A DNA stretch of 63,780 bases from Lama glama (GCA_028534125.1 CM052818.1:25980001-26043780), one strand, 5' to 3'; positions 53,302 through 63,540 are shown, counted from the first letter of the stretch. A program made the numbers and translations. Notes: a model not told the origin generated them from the letters alone.

Positions 53302-54177
53302 TACCAAACCCATATTCAGAGAATCCAGCTGGCACAAGCAAGCTTTCAGCATAAAGGACTTGTGGATAGGGAAAGTCAGGGAGCTAAGGTCTTCCCATGG
53401 TGTCTCCTTAGACATCCTGGTTGCTCCCCTCCCCCTCCTTTCAGGGTCTCTGAGGATTCTGAGGGGCACAACTGTCATTTCTGTTGTTGAGAATACAACA
53501 CAAGCAGCATATTCCCTTGTTAACTTTAGTATCAGGATCAAAAATATTGCCTCAATGGGTTCCTGTTTTCCTAGGAACTGCCTCTCTGAAGCTGGGACGC
53601 TGTGGTGTGGCACCAATGGATGACTTGGTGGGGTGAGTGCTGGGGCTCCAATCTTTAACAGCTTTTTAAAAACCACTCACAAGCATGTAGCAAAGCATGT
53701 GGTCAAAATTATCATATGAACAAATACATAAAATAATTGGCAAAGCATGTGACTAAAATGCATCCCACCATAGTTTGTAGAAGGAAGACACTAGGAAAAT
53801 GCCGTACTCTGCTGCTGGAAAATGGATTGTTTAATAGGCTGAACTATCCTAGATTTTGATTCTATCAAGTTCATTTAAGAAACCTTCTAGGTGGACTTGT
53901 AGTTGGTGGTGTTGGCTGGCTAGTGGGTCAGCTAGTGACCTCATCTACCAGGTAAGCTTAGCTTGACCTTGATTCTCCTAGTAGTTGGCTACCTCCTGCA
54001 CTCCAGTCTCATTGCCTTCCTAAGTGTCAACCAAAAAAGCAATGCAGGAGGCTGCAAGTAAGAAAATAATTTATTGGGGGTCTTAAGAACTGCTATTTGG
54101 GAGACACAGCTTTGGGTAACTCTGAAAGGGAGTTCCAGGGAAGAGAAAGGGTCGGGGGCTTATAAAGACAAGAAGGC

Positions 54178-54382
54178 AAATTCCAGTGTTCAGCACAATT
54201 TTTCTCATTCATGGACATATACACACTCATTGTCACATTTTTTCCTCTGTGATTTATCATAACATTTTGTGTATATTTCCCTGTGCTATACAGTGTAATC
54301 TTGTTTATCTGTTCTGCAATTTTGGAATTTGACACAGCATTGTAAAATGATTATAAATCAATCAAAAATGTTAAAAAAAAAA
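54178..54382 (+). mobile_element. Young L1 3' terminus with 5' inversion (inverted piece ~54178-54323, direct piece ~54323-54372, A10 tail)
   Basis: 54178-54323 is L1 3' UTR in antisense (..TTTCCCTGTGCTATACAGTGTAATCTTGTTTATCT..). 54323-54382 is the final ~50 nt in sense (TGGAATTTGACACAGCATTGTAAAATGATTATAAATCAATCAAAAATGTT-A10). The pieces overlap at CAAATTCCA/TGGAATTTG. Confidence 0.85.
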
Positions 54383-54585
54383 GAAATGTACCCAGAATGA
54401 TGTACAAATTTATCTAAGAACTAAGTACCAAAAAATACCAACGTGTCACTCCATGCACGTACGGTGAGTGCCCTTCACGCCACTACATATTGGTTCATGA
54501 TGTTTCAGTTGTCTGGAATATCCTTCCCAACTCAGGGAACTCTTATCCATAAAATCCTTTATATTCTAAAAAAAAAAAAAAAAAA
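54383..54585 (+). other. Probable L1 3'-transduced segment (~185 bp) plus second poly(A)
   Basis: Non-L1, non-LTR sequence between the L1 A10 tail and an A18 tail, with CATAAA (54548-54553) 14 nt before the second tail. The whole unit is bracketed by AAAGACAAGAAGGCA / AAAGACAAGGCA. Confidence 0.75.
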
Positions 54586-55089
54586 GACAAGGCACAAGAT
54601 TTTTAAAAGTTGACAAGGTGAGAACTGTGACCATCTCTGACACAAGTCAGAAAATATTTGTCCTTAAGGAATCACAAGGCTTTTTTAGGGTAAGGGTCCA
54701 ATAAGGAGATAGACTGTCATGAGTTAATTTAGAGTAAGGGTCTGATAAGTAGATAGGCTGTTATGAGTTCCTGGCAGATGTTCTGGGTGACTTCATCAGG
54801 TCCAAAGGTCAGATGCCTTCCAGGCTGAGATGTGCATAACTCACATCTCCTTTATGGCCTCCTGGCTCCATTTTAGAGTGCTCTCTTAGCACTATTGACT
54901 CCATTTGCTTTTCCTTTCACACAGACTCCTCTTATTCAGCAATTCTAGAGCTTCGATTGGCTTCAGGAGGAACACAGGTGTGTGGACCAGGACTGTGGGA
55001 CACTTGGGGCAGAGAAGGACTCTGGTGGGTGGAGTCTGAGAACCTGGGAGTCAGCTTTCATTCCTACCCCTGCTGCTGCTACTGACTGA

Positions 55090-55300
55090 CATTTATTTGA
55101 TATTTCCTATGTGTCAGGAACTTCAGATACTTCATCTATAGTCCCTCCAACAACCTTGCAAAATGGAGAGATTTTTTTCCCTCTCCATTTTCTTGAGCTA
55201 AATTAATGGGACAGACAATTTAAAACACATTTAAGGTTGCACAGCTAGTAAAAGGCAAAGATCCCATGAGGATGTCTGACTGCAAAATCTGACCCCTTTA
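55090..55300 (-). mobile_element. MIR SINE
   Basis: TATGTGTCAGGAACT..CAACAACCTTGCAA..TCCATTTT..AAGGTTGCACAGCTAGTAA..GTCTGACT. Confidence 0.6.
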
Positions 55301-57094
55301 CCAACTGTCTCATGTCTCTCCAAGGATCATGGACTGACCTGCAATTTATAGAAACCCTTGCAGTTGTGAGATGGCTTATGACAAATTTTAGCCTGATTTT
55401 ATATATAATTCCATCCGATTTTTCAGAGATAAACTCTCATTTCCCTTTGCAGGCTCAAAAGGCCATCTGTGCAGCCCAAAACAACATTGTAAGCTCCTAT
55501 CCAATTTCCTGTGCATATATATTTTAGAGTAATTGTGGCTCATTTCTCTAGGTTTTCCACTGATATCTATGTTTTGTTGATTTTTCTCCAGATGCACTGG
55601 GGGCACATGTCCAAATTAAATATCATTTATTTCCTGCCTCTTATTTTAAAATTCCCTTTATCCTTTACTCTCTGTGGGTTTAATGCTATATTCCAATTAG
55701 TGTCTTACAAATCTGGGCTGCAGGCTATTAACTACACATCCATGTCACTGGACAAAAAGCTGAAAGCATTCAGTTCTACCTGTTATTTAATCTTGGACTT
55801 CTGGAGATTAGACCCTGACCATAGGTGATGCCTGGAATCAGCTATCAAAGGCCACATCTGACCTTTAGCTTACACATCCAATTTATGCCTCTCATCCTCA
55901 CCAGCCCCCAGGCCACTAGGCAGGGCAGAACTGTCTATAACTTATAAATAAAAGGCAAGGCCAGCAAGATTGGAAGGCTTGCTCAGGCTCATGCAATGAT
56001 ATAACCATGAGCAGGACTAAAAGCTTTTGTGTCATGACTATAAAAGATCAAAACCATTCATGCTTCACATGCATTTTATATAAAAACGATTGATAATTAT
56101 TTATTAAATTGCACTTTGTTGGCATAAAAAGCCGCTTTCAGGTTTTTATTTTAAGTGAGTTATACTCACCTTGGAGTGACTCTAGGTAAAGTTCTGACAT
56201 CAGCGAGGCATGATTTCAACCTCTGTGACTTCCACATGTAGTTCCTTATCTCATGTTCGGTTCCCACCGCCTCACTCCTCTGGTGGGTTTATCCTCTCAC
56301 TGCACCTTCTAGGTCCCAACTTTGAAGCTCTGGCCTCTTGAAGCTTCTCAAATCACAGCTTAATTATGAGCGTCTTTGGCCAGCTTTTGGTGGATTCTCA
56401 GTCTGGGACATCTAAGCTCTAAGTTCCTTTAACAGAGAACAAAGCTTTTCATTCCTAAATCCTAGCTAACATGCAAGCCTGTGCTTAGAGCAGTGATGCT
56501 TTGATTTAGAGCCACATGAAGAGGTGAGTGACTGATGTCGTATCTGCTCCTAGGCCGGTTTTAATGGGCCTGGGGAAGGGAAGGCCAGGGCATGAGTATC
56601 TGAGGGGCCTGGTGCCAAAGGGATGCCCCTGAGAGAACGGATGAAGGGCTTGAGGGGGATGGGGGAGCTTGGGAATGCTCATTTTAGAATAAGTGGCAGT
56701 GAGTGGATTTTTAAATGTTGCTAACTTCACCACAGCACTGATTTGGACCCCACTGTGGGTGACCACTCCTCACACTGAACACTCTTCTCAAGAATTCTTG
56801 GTGTGACAAAAAAAAAGAGAAAAAATCCAGATAACTATTCATCACTGGAGAAGGTGTGGCAAAATAGACAGTAGAAATTAGTGTATCCCTTTTTAAAAAA
56901 TGCACTTTTGGCCAAGAGTCATAAAAAATGTTCGTGCCCTTTGATCAGCAATTCCCTTTCTGGGAATATGGTCTAAAGAAAAGATCCCACGTTAACTGCA
57001 AGTCTGCTCCACAGTGTGGGGTACAACTCCACTCTTCCTAGTTGTTGCTTGAGCTTCTGATGCTTTATTAGCAGGAAGTCAAGTGCTGACTTTT

Positions 57095-57237
57095 TTTTTA
57101 AATTTTTCTTTTGGGGTAGAGGTAATTAGGTTTATTTATTTAATTATTGTTGTTTTTTTAATGGAAGTACTGGAGATTGAACTCAGGATCTCGTGCATGC
57201 TAAGCATGAGCTCTACCATTTGAGCTACACCCGTCCC
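57095..57237 (-). mobile_element. tRNA-Ala-derived SINE (Vic-1-like)
   Basis: The reverse strand gives GGGTGTAGCTCAAATGGTAGAGCTCATGCTTAGCATGCACGAGATCCTGAGTTCAATCTCCAGTACTTCCA..AAATAAATAAACCTAATTACCTC plus an A tail. 15-bp TSD CAAGTGCTGACTTTT (57080-57094) / CAAGTGTTGACTTTT (57238-57252). Confidence 0.92.
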
Positions 57238-58329
57238 CAAGTGTTGACTTTTTGAGGCTCCTCCTACCCCCTCAACCTTTACTGATCAAGAATACTGAAA
57301 GCTTATTTGGTCCCAAGAGGGACAGAGAAGAAGAAAATTGGACTAGTCCACAGCAGATCGTCCAGTGCCAGTTACTGTTGCTTCCGTCACTACCATCTGC
57401 CTCGCTATTGGAAACAGACAAGAACATCCATGTCCAGTGTTGCACTGGAGTCCCTGTAGGCACAGCCCACAGAGGTTCTTTGAAGCATGACAATCCCATG
57501 ACTCAGGGCTGAGCTTATTAACTGTCTCCATGGTTTGGCTCTCAAGGTTCCAGCTCGGAGGCCCCCATGCCACATTCAGTAATCCTTTCCAGAACACGGC
57601 ACTGTGCCAGGGTGGCTGGGTCTGGAGGAGCTTCTAGCCTCAGCTGCACGCTGAGTCCAAGCAGCACCATGTTCCATCTGAATTGCTAGCCAGATTCTGT
57701 CTTTCCTCACAGCCATTTGCCTCTGGGGTCTCATTACCTTTCTTGGCCATAGGACCTTGGGGGCTTACACCAGTTTGCCCCTCTAAGCTTCTCTAATTTG
57801 GATTGTGGGAAGTAGGTTTTAGATATTAGTTTCTTCCCTTGTTACAGGCCCTTGCTCTTCAGACAAATTAACTGCCCCCTCTTCAATGATCAGCTTTGTG
57901 CTATGATAGCTCTCAGAGAGTAACAGTTTTTAAAAGAGTTCTGCGATACCTGAACACCAGAATAATGGGTACCTATTTCCCCATGATTGCACAACTAAGG
58001 CAAGCACTCAGGGATCTTTTATTGAACAAGAAATGTCAGCTTCTCTATTTTAAAAATAAAAACAAAACACATATGTGCATGCAGATATTCATTGCATAAT
58101 TGTTTATAGCAGTCAAACATGAGAAGAATCTGAAGATGCAATGTGAGGCAGTGTGTAAAGTAAATGAGGATGTGTCTACTCAGTAAGACAAGGTGCAGCT
58201 ATGAAAACAGCAATTACAAAGATTATGAGACAATATGAGTGGTTTCACTCCTATTTTCCAAACTTTCTTTTAATTTGTCAAGTTATAAGGAATGACAGAC
58301 CCTTCTAATTAACTGTTGACACGTAGTTG

Positions 58330-59290
58330 TTGCCAGCAGGATTTGCCAATGATTCACTTGGGAAAGTTAGGGACACAGGACTTAAAGATGACTTCTAAAT
58401 GTTTGCTTTCAACAACAGGGTGAATATGGGTGCCGTTTATTGAGATGGCGGAGTTGGAGATTGGGAAACCAAGAGCTTTGTTTATTGATACTAAATTTGA
58501 GATGGTTCTTAGACGTCCCTGTGGTGATACAGAGCAGGCTGTGGCTTATAGGGACTTGAGCTCAGGGGAGAGGTCAGCAATATCAAGACTAGAAATTTTA
58601 AATTCGAGAGTCATCAGTATGTAGATGGTAATTAAAAACAAGAGATTAGGGATAGGGGATAGATGGATGATAGTGTAAGAATACCTAAGACAGAGCCTCC
58701 AGTCATTGCAACATTTAGAGGCCAGACAGAGAAGGGGAAACCAGCACAAAAGCCCTGAAGCAGTGCAACCAGTTAGGTAGGAAGAGAGGGAAGTGGCATC
58801 TTGGAGACCAGGGGAGAAGAGGATTTGAAGAAGGAGGGGGTCCACTAGTGTCAAAAGTTATTGGGAAGTTGAGTAAGATGAAGACACAGAATACTCCTGG
58901 AAAGGCAAAGGAGGTTGTTCGTGACCTGGAAATGAGCAGACTCAATGGCATGGAGAGGAAGAAGGCCTGACTGGAGTTGGTTGGCTAAGCCTGGGAGAGG
59001 AGGAAGTGGAGAAGTGACAGTAGACAATTTTTCAGGAAGTTGTGCATTTAAAAGAACCAAGAAGTGGATTGTGCCTGGAGAGCGATATGAGATCAAGGGA
59101 TTTCTTTTTTTTTTTTAAGGAAACACTAGAACATGTCTGACTGTTCATGGAAATGATCCAGGAGGGAGGGAGAAATTGGTCATGGAGGGGAGGGAGAGGT
59201 TAACTGCAGGAGGGAAGTCCTAGGGAAGGATGAGGGGATGATATCCAGAGCAAAAGTAGAGAGACTGGCCCTTAATGAAGTGGGCGTGCA
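58330..59290 (-). mobile_element. L2 LINE fragment
   Basis: GGTGCCGTTTATTGAGATGG..AAATTTGAGATGG..GAGCTCAGGGGAGAGGTC..GAGTCATCAGTATGTAGATGGTAATTAAA..AGTAAGATGAAGAC, the classic reverse L2 body. Confidence 0.85.
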
Positions 59291-60189
59291 CACAGAGTCC
59301 TTGGCCTAGTACCTGGCACACATAGCAGGGGCTCAGTAGGTACTTGTCCCTTATTACAAGTGTCTGTCTTCTCAAATAACCAAGAGGAACAACAGTTCGC
59401 TGGTCCAACTAGTCACTTAAAAGTGAGGGTGCAAATAATTACATCATAAGTCGATACAGCCTGGCCAAAGAGGAAAAAGATGAAAAGACAGAGTGGTCCA
59501 TTCTTCTCTTCTACAGCCTTGCTCAGACAGGCGGGCTCCCACAGGAGGACTGTTAATGTATGCTTGCAAAATGGAAAGATCCTAGTAACTAATGAATAAC
59601 TAATATGACTGTCTTTTAATCAAGTCTATCTTTTTCTTTTTTACTGGATGGTGTTTGCCTAAGTAATAACGCTCTTCAGAGTTCCTAAGGGTGGCAGCCA
59701 GAGCAACAGGGAATGTGGAGAAGACCACAGTTTCAAAAACCTCTGCTCTTGTGCAATCGAGACATAAACCACCCTAACTGCTGAGACACATACCCAGGAG
59801 CAGCCATTTTACCGGCTCCTGCAGAGAAAACCTCTTAACCAACTTGTGTAGCTACTCCAAGGGACCCCAAGTTATAGCTGTTGTTCCAGAAAGTACTGTA
59901 TTTAAGCCAGGAATTCAGAGCTTTATCTACACAGAATGTTGTTTTTAATCATTTGGCCTCACTATTGAAACAGAGTGAGTTGATATTTCTTACCAACTAG
60001 CTGGTGAAAAAAAGGTCCACGTCCTCCAAAGCACTGTTAAAAAGGAAGACTTTCTACAAAAGAGCACAGCTCTCTGGTCACTTTCCCACTCAAGAAAAAT
60101 TTAAAGCAAAAGGGTATTAGGCCGGATTCATTAGAAACTAGCTCCAACAGATTTAAGCAATAATTTAAGAAAAATAATTTATTTAAAGA

Positions 60190-60455
60190 ATAGTGGAAAT
60201 TACCCTGGTGTCCATTTAAATAGAATAGATAGATGAACTGTGATATAGTCATACAATGACATGTACAATGAAAAAAGAACAGATTATCAGAACACGCAAC
60301 AGTATGACTGTATCTCACAGACACAGCATTGAGTAAAACAAGGCAGCCATTAGGTACTGAGTATATACTGTATATTTCATTTATATAAAGTCCATAAACA
60401 GGCAAAATAAATCTATGGTGTTAGTGTCACGGTAGAGATTAATTCTTGGTGGTAA
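60190..60455 (+). mobile_element. Old L1ME-type 3' UTR (left part; resumes ~61680-61820)
   Basis: GTCCATTTAAATAGAATAGATAGATGAACTGTG..TATATAAAGTCCATAAACAGGCAAAATAAATCTATGGTGTTAG. After the LTR it continues with GTGCTGGTTACAC..AAATTCATCGAGCTGTACACT. Confidence 0.75.
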
Positions 60456-61679
60456 TATAACCAAACAAGACCCTGTGAGGCCTTCCTGCAACAGACACCC
60501 ACCCTAACCTCCCAGGGTCCTCTGCCTGCCTCTTGTTTGCAGAAAAACTTCAGCCTCCTAGGCCTTCCCTGATTCCTAAGAGCAAATTTAATCAGAGAAA
60601 TGAGAAAATGCAGAAACAAAGGAAAACAAACAGGACAAAATAACAATAGTTTAGGCATTAAACAAAGTCAGGGACCTTTAGTTCCTCCTCAAGAGCTATA
60701 GGTAATATTCTGAGCCATATCCTTGAGCTATTTTGTTGATACTGAAGCCCCCACCAGGTGGGAGAAGTTAACTGAATGCTGACCACCAGCTCATATACCC
60801 AAAACCAGCTGGAACCAGAAGGTTGGGTGATGTTGACTCTGGTTCACCTCACCACAACCAACCAGAAGAATATCCATGAACTCATCATGCTCACCACAAC
60901 CCTCTCCCTCACCCTGTCTTTAAAAACCTTTCCCTGAAAGCCATCAGGAAGTTTGGGTCTTTTGAGCATTAGCCACCTGGTCTCCTTGCTTTGTGCCCTG
61001 CAGTAAACGCTGCACTTTTCTTCACCACAACCCAATGTCAGTAGGTCGTTTTTTTTTTTTTTCCCTCTAACTGGGAAAATAACTATTTTGTTTGGGGCAG
61101 TGGGCAGGGGTCCAGTCTCAAAACTTCTGCAATTGCTTCTTGGTCCTGGCAGCCTTGGTGACCTTGAGTATGTTGATGCACACAGTCTTGCTCAGGGGCT
61201 GGCACTCACCCACTGGAACAATCTGGACATCCCTGAAGCAGGGGGAAGAGGTACAGACAGGTTCGTTTGGTGCTTTTCGAAGCAATTATATTTTCAGATG
61301 TAGTGAAGGTAGTCTCCATGGATGACAACTGTCCTCTGCATCTTTATCTTGGTCATGACACCCGGATCTGACCTCAGATGGAGATGTTACCAGTAAAAGG
61401 GCATTACTTGTCAATGTAGTAATGGCCTTGTTGGGTGTCTTGAAGCCCAGATCGATGTTCCTGCAGTATTGTGGGAGTTTCTTTTTGCTGGTTTCTCCAA
61501 GCAGGATCTGTTTCTTATTTTGAAAGATGGTTAGCCACTTTTGGTAGGCATGCTCAGTCTGAATGTCTGCCATCTTCCTGGGCGCCTGAGAAAAGGAAAG
61601 TCACGGTGGCATCCAAGTTTGCTTCTTCTAGATTGGCTTCACTGTGTGGGCAAGTGGACCCTAGTTTGGTTCGGTAACA
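60456..61679 (+). mobile_element. ERV1-class solo LTR (~640 bp net) split by the RPS11 retrocopy
   Basis: Starts TATAACCAAACAAGACCC (TG changed to TA) and ends CCTAGTTTGGTTCGGTAACA. TATA-like TTTAAAA (60919-60925) and AGTAAA (61002-61007). Flanks GTAA/GTAG form a 4-bp TSD with one mismatch. Confidence 0.8.
61049..61600 (-). pseudogene. RPS11: Processed pseudogene of 40S ribosomal protein S11 (uS17)
   Basis: Intronless. 5' TOP-like CTTTCCTTTTCTCAGGCGCCCAGGAAG-ATG, CDS remnant 61573-61118 ([70 protein letters not shown]), 3' UTR and A14 tail (61049-61062). Disabled by deletions of about 7, 4, 1 and 9 nt and three in-frame stops relative to the 158-aa protein. Confidence 0.97.
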
Positions 61680-63189
61680 GTAGAGGGGCTGAACCGGGAC
61701 GAGGAGGGATTCAGAGTGCTGGTTACACAGATGTGTAACCAGTTTGAAAAATGTGTGCTCAGTTTGAAAAATTCATCGAGCTGTACACTCTTGATATGTA
61801 CTCTTTTATCTCTGTCTTCATGAAAGTCACACAAGAAGAAATCAAAAGAAGGGGTATTAGCAGGTTAAAAGATCACTAGTAAATGCTGGAGATGCAGGTC
61901 TGGATCTGTAGGTCCAAGCATACTTCCTAAAGGCACGGAACTTAAAGGAGCACATCTCTGCTGCTGCAGCTGAACACTAGATGCTTTGCTTGCTCTGAGG
62001 ACGCTGTCTGAAGGACACGCACTATCACTGCCTGACAGTTGGTTACATATGCATTTGTCTATTTTCTGTCTCCCCAACTAGAATGTGACTCACTGCTGGC
62101 ACATAGTAGGTACTCAGCAAATATTCATTGAATGCAGCTGTCTTGTTGATAACTGAGCAGAACTCCCCTTCTCATGGATGCCTTTTTTCTTTAGATACGT
62201 TAATCTCATCAATCACGGTCCAGTCAAATCTTGCTGTCCCAGGGACACATTTGCTCTTTAAAGTGGTTTCTCATATTTCTTCTCTGATTCATCAGCATTG
62301 AGTTGGAAGCTTTAGTCTCATCAGGCAATCTTATTTCTCGTCATTCCAAGTTCATAGGAGGGAAGTCATCCCACCGTGACCCCTGCATGCTCCTAGCAGA
62401 AACATGCAATATCCTTCTGAACATGCAATTTCACCCCAAAATTGCTGAGGCAAGTTGTGTGGAGGATGGAGGAGAAGCTTGCCATCAACAGGAGAGTGAT
62501 GAGGCAGCTTCCTTGGCCAACATGGGATTGCACAAACTCCTTCTGTGTTTATTGCTTCACTTTTACCCCACTGACACAAGGTCATTCATTTGTCAGGTCT
62601 GCTGGGGAATTCACCAGTGGAATCTTGCCCTTCCACTGCACTTCCCGTTGTTTAGGATGTTTTAGGAAAGAACTGACTCCTTAGATGAAGAATCTCGGGA
62701 TACAGTGCGTATCCTACCAGCTCTAAGCCTGTCTTGCCCTCCAAAACAAGGCATAAGTGCTCCCTGACCTGTGTTAACCCCTGCAAGCCTGCCCTGCACA
62801 GCAATGCACGCTGGCTCCCTGGAACACTGACCCGGACTTTAGGTCTGAAGACAGATGCCCTTGTCTTACCCTGCTGGAAGGCAGAGAGTGGACTGCCCCT
62901 TAAATTTTTACTAAGAATCCTCACACTTCTACTAAAGCTGCCTCCGTTCTTCCCAACAATAGAAGGCTGGAGAATTATTCTATATGACCATTTGGTAAAA
63001 TTTTGTCCTACATTTCTCTATTTCATTCCTGAATGGGGGCAGATAGTTTGGGACGGGATGCCTGACAAAACTCAAAAGGCATCTCTATTCTCAGTTGAGA
63101 CAGCAGAGAAATGAAAAACAAAACAAAACGCTGGGATGATTTCCTTCCCCATCCTCCTTCACCTGTTTACCTTGCCACTGCTCGCTCGT

Positions 63190-63540
63190 GGTGTCTCAAT
63201 TTCTTCCTAACTCCATCTCCCTTTAGCAACCAAGCCATGTTTCTAAGTGCCCAATAAGCATTTTCAGTGGAATTTACTAATGGCATTCCAAACTCAACAT
63301 AGCTAAAAGCAAATTAATAATCTTTTATCCCATAGCAGGTTTTTCTTCTGGTTTCTTTACTTAGGTTAATGACAGTCCCACTTTCCCATTTACCCAGGCT
63401 TCCAGTCAAGGACTTCCATGAGCAGTTGTTTACTGAGTCTTGCCAATCCTGCTTCTCAAGAGTTTGAGCCCTTTTTTCCGTTACTATCACCATCTTCTTC
63501 ATTCGGATCCTCATCACCTCCTACCCGTTCCAGCCTCCTT
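63190..63540 (+). mobile_element. L2 fragment
   Basis: GGCATTCCAAACTCAACATAGCTAAAA..TTAATGACA..CCATTTACCCAGGCT..CTCATCACCTC..CAGCCTCCT. Confidence 0.6.

Larger units (their letters stand above)
54025..54921 (-). mobile_element. ERV solo LTR interrupted by an L1 insertion
   Basis: The minus strand starts TGTGAAAGGAAAAGCAAATGGAGTC and ends AATAAA..TTTTTTGGTTGACA. TATA-like TTTATAAG near 54159-54166. No clean TSD seen. Confidence 0.75.

Noticed and set aside
53036..53676. Overlapping 195-aa and 145-aa ORFs
   Set aside because: They straddle the solo LTR boundary and flanking DNA, with no gag/pol/env motifs. There is no primer-binding site after the LTR because the TSD follows immediately.
56164..56285. 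Minus-strand exon ending in a strong AAG|GTGAGT donor
   Set aside because: One frame is open, but the acceptor lacks a polypyrimidine tract and the peptide is unrecognisable. A non-coding exon cannot be excluded without RNA data.
61286..61573. 95-aa ORF as a functional RPS11 variant
   Set aside because: It frameshifts after ~51 codons, and the rest of the RPS11 frame has stops and deletions. Intronless with poly(A), so a pseudogene.
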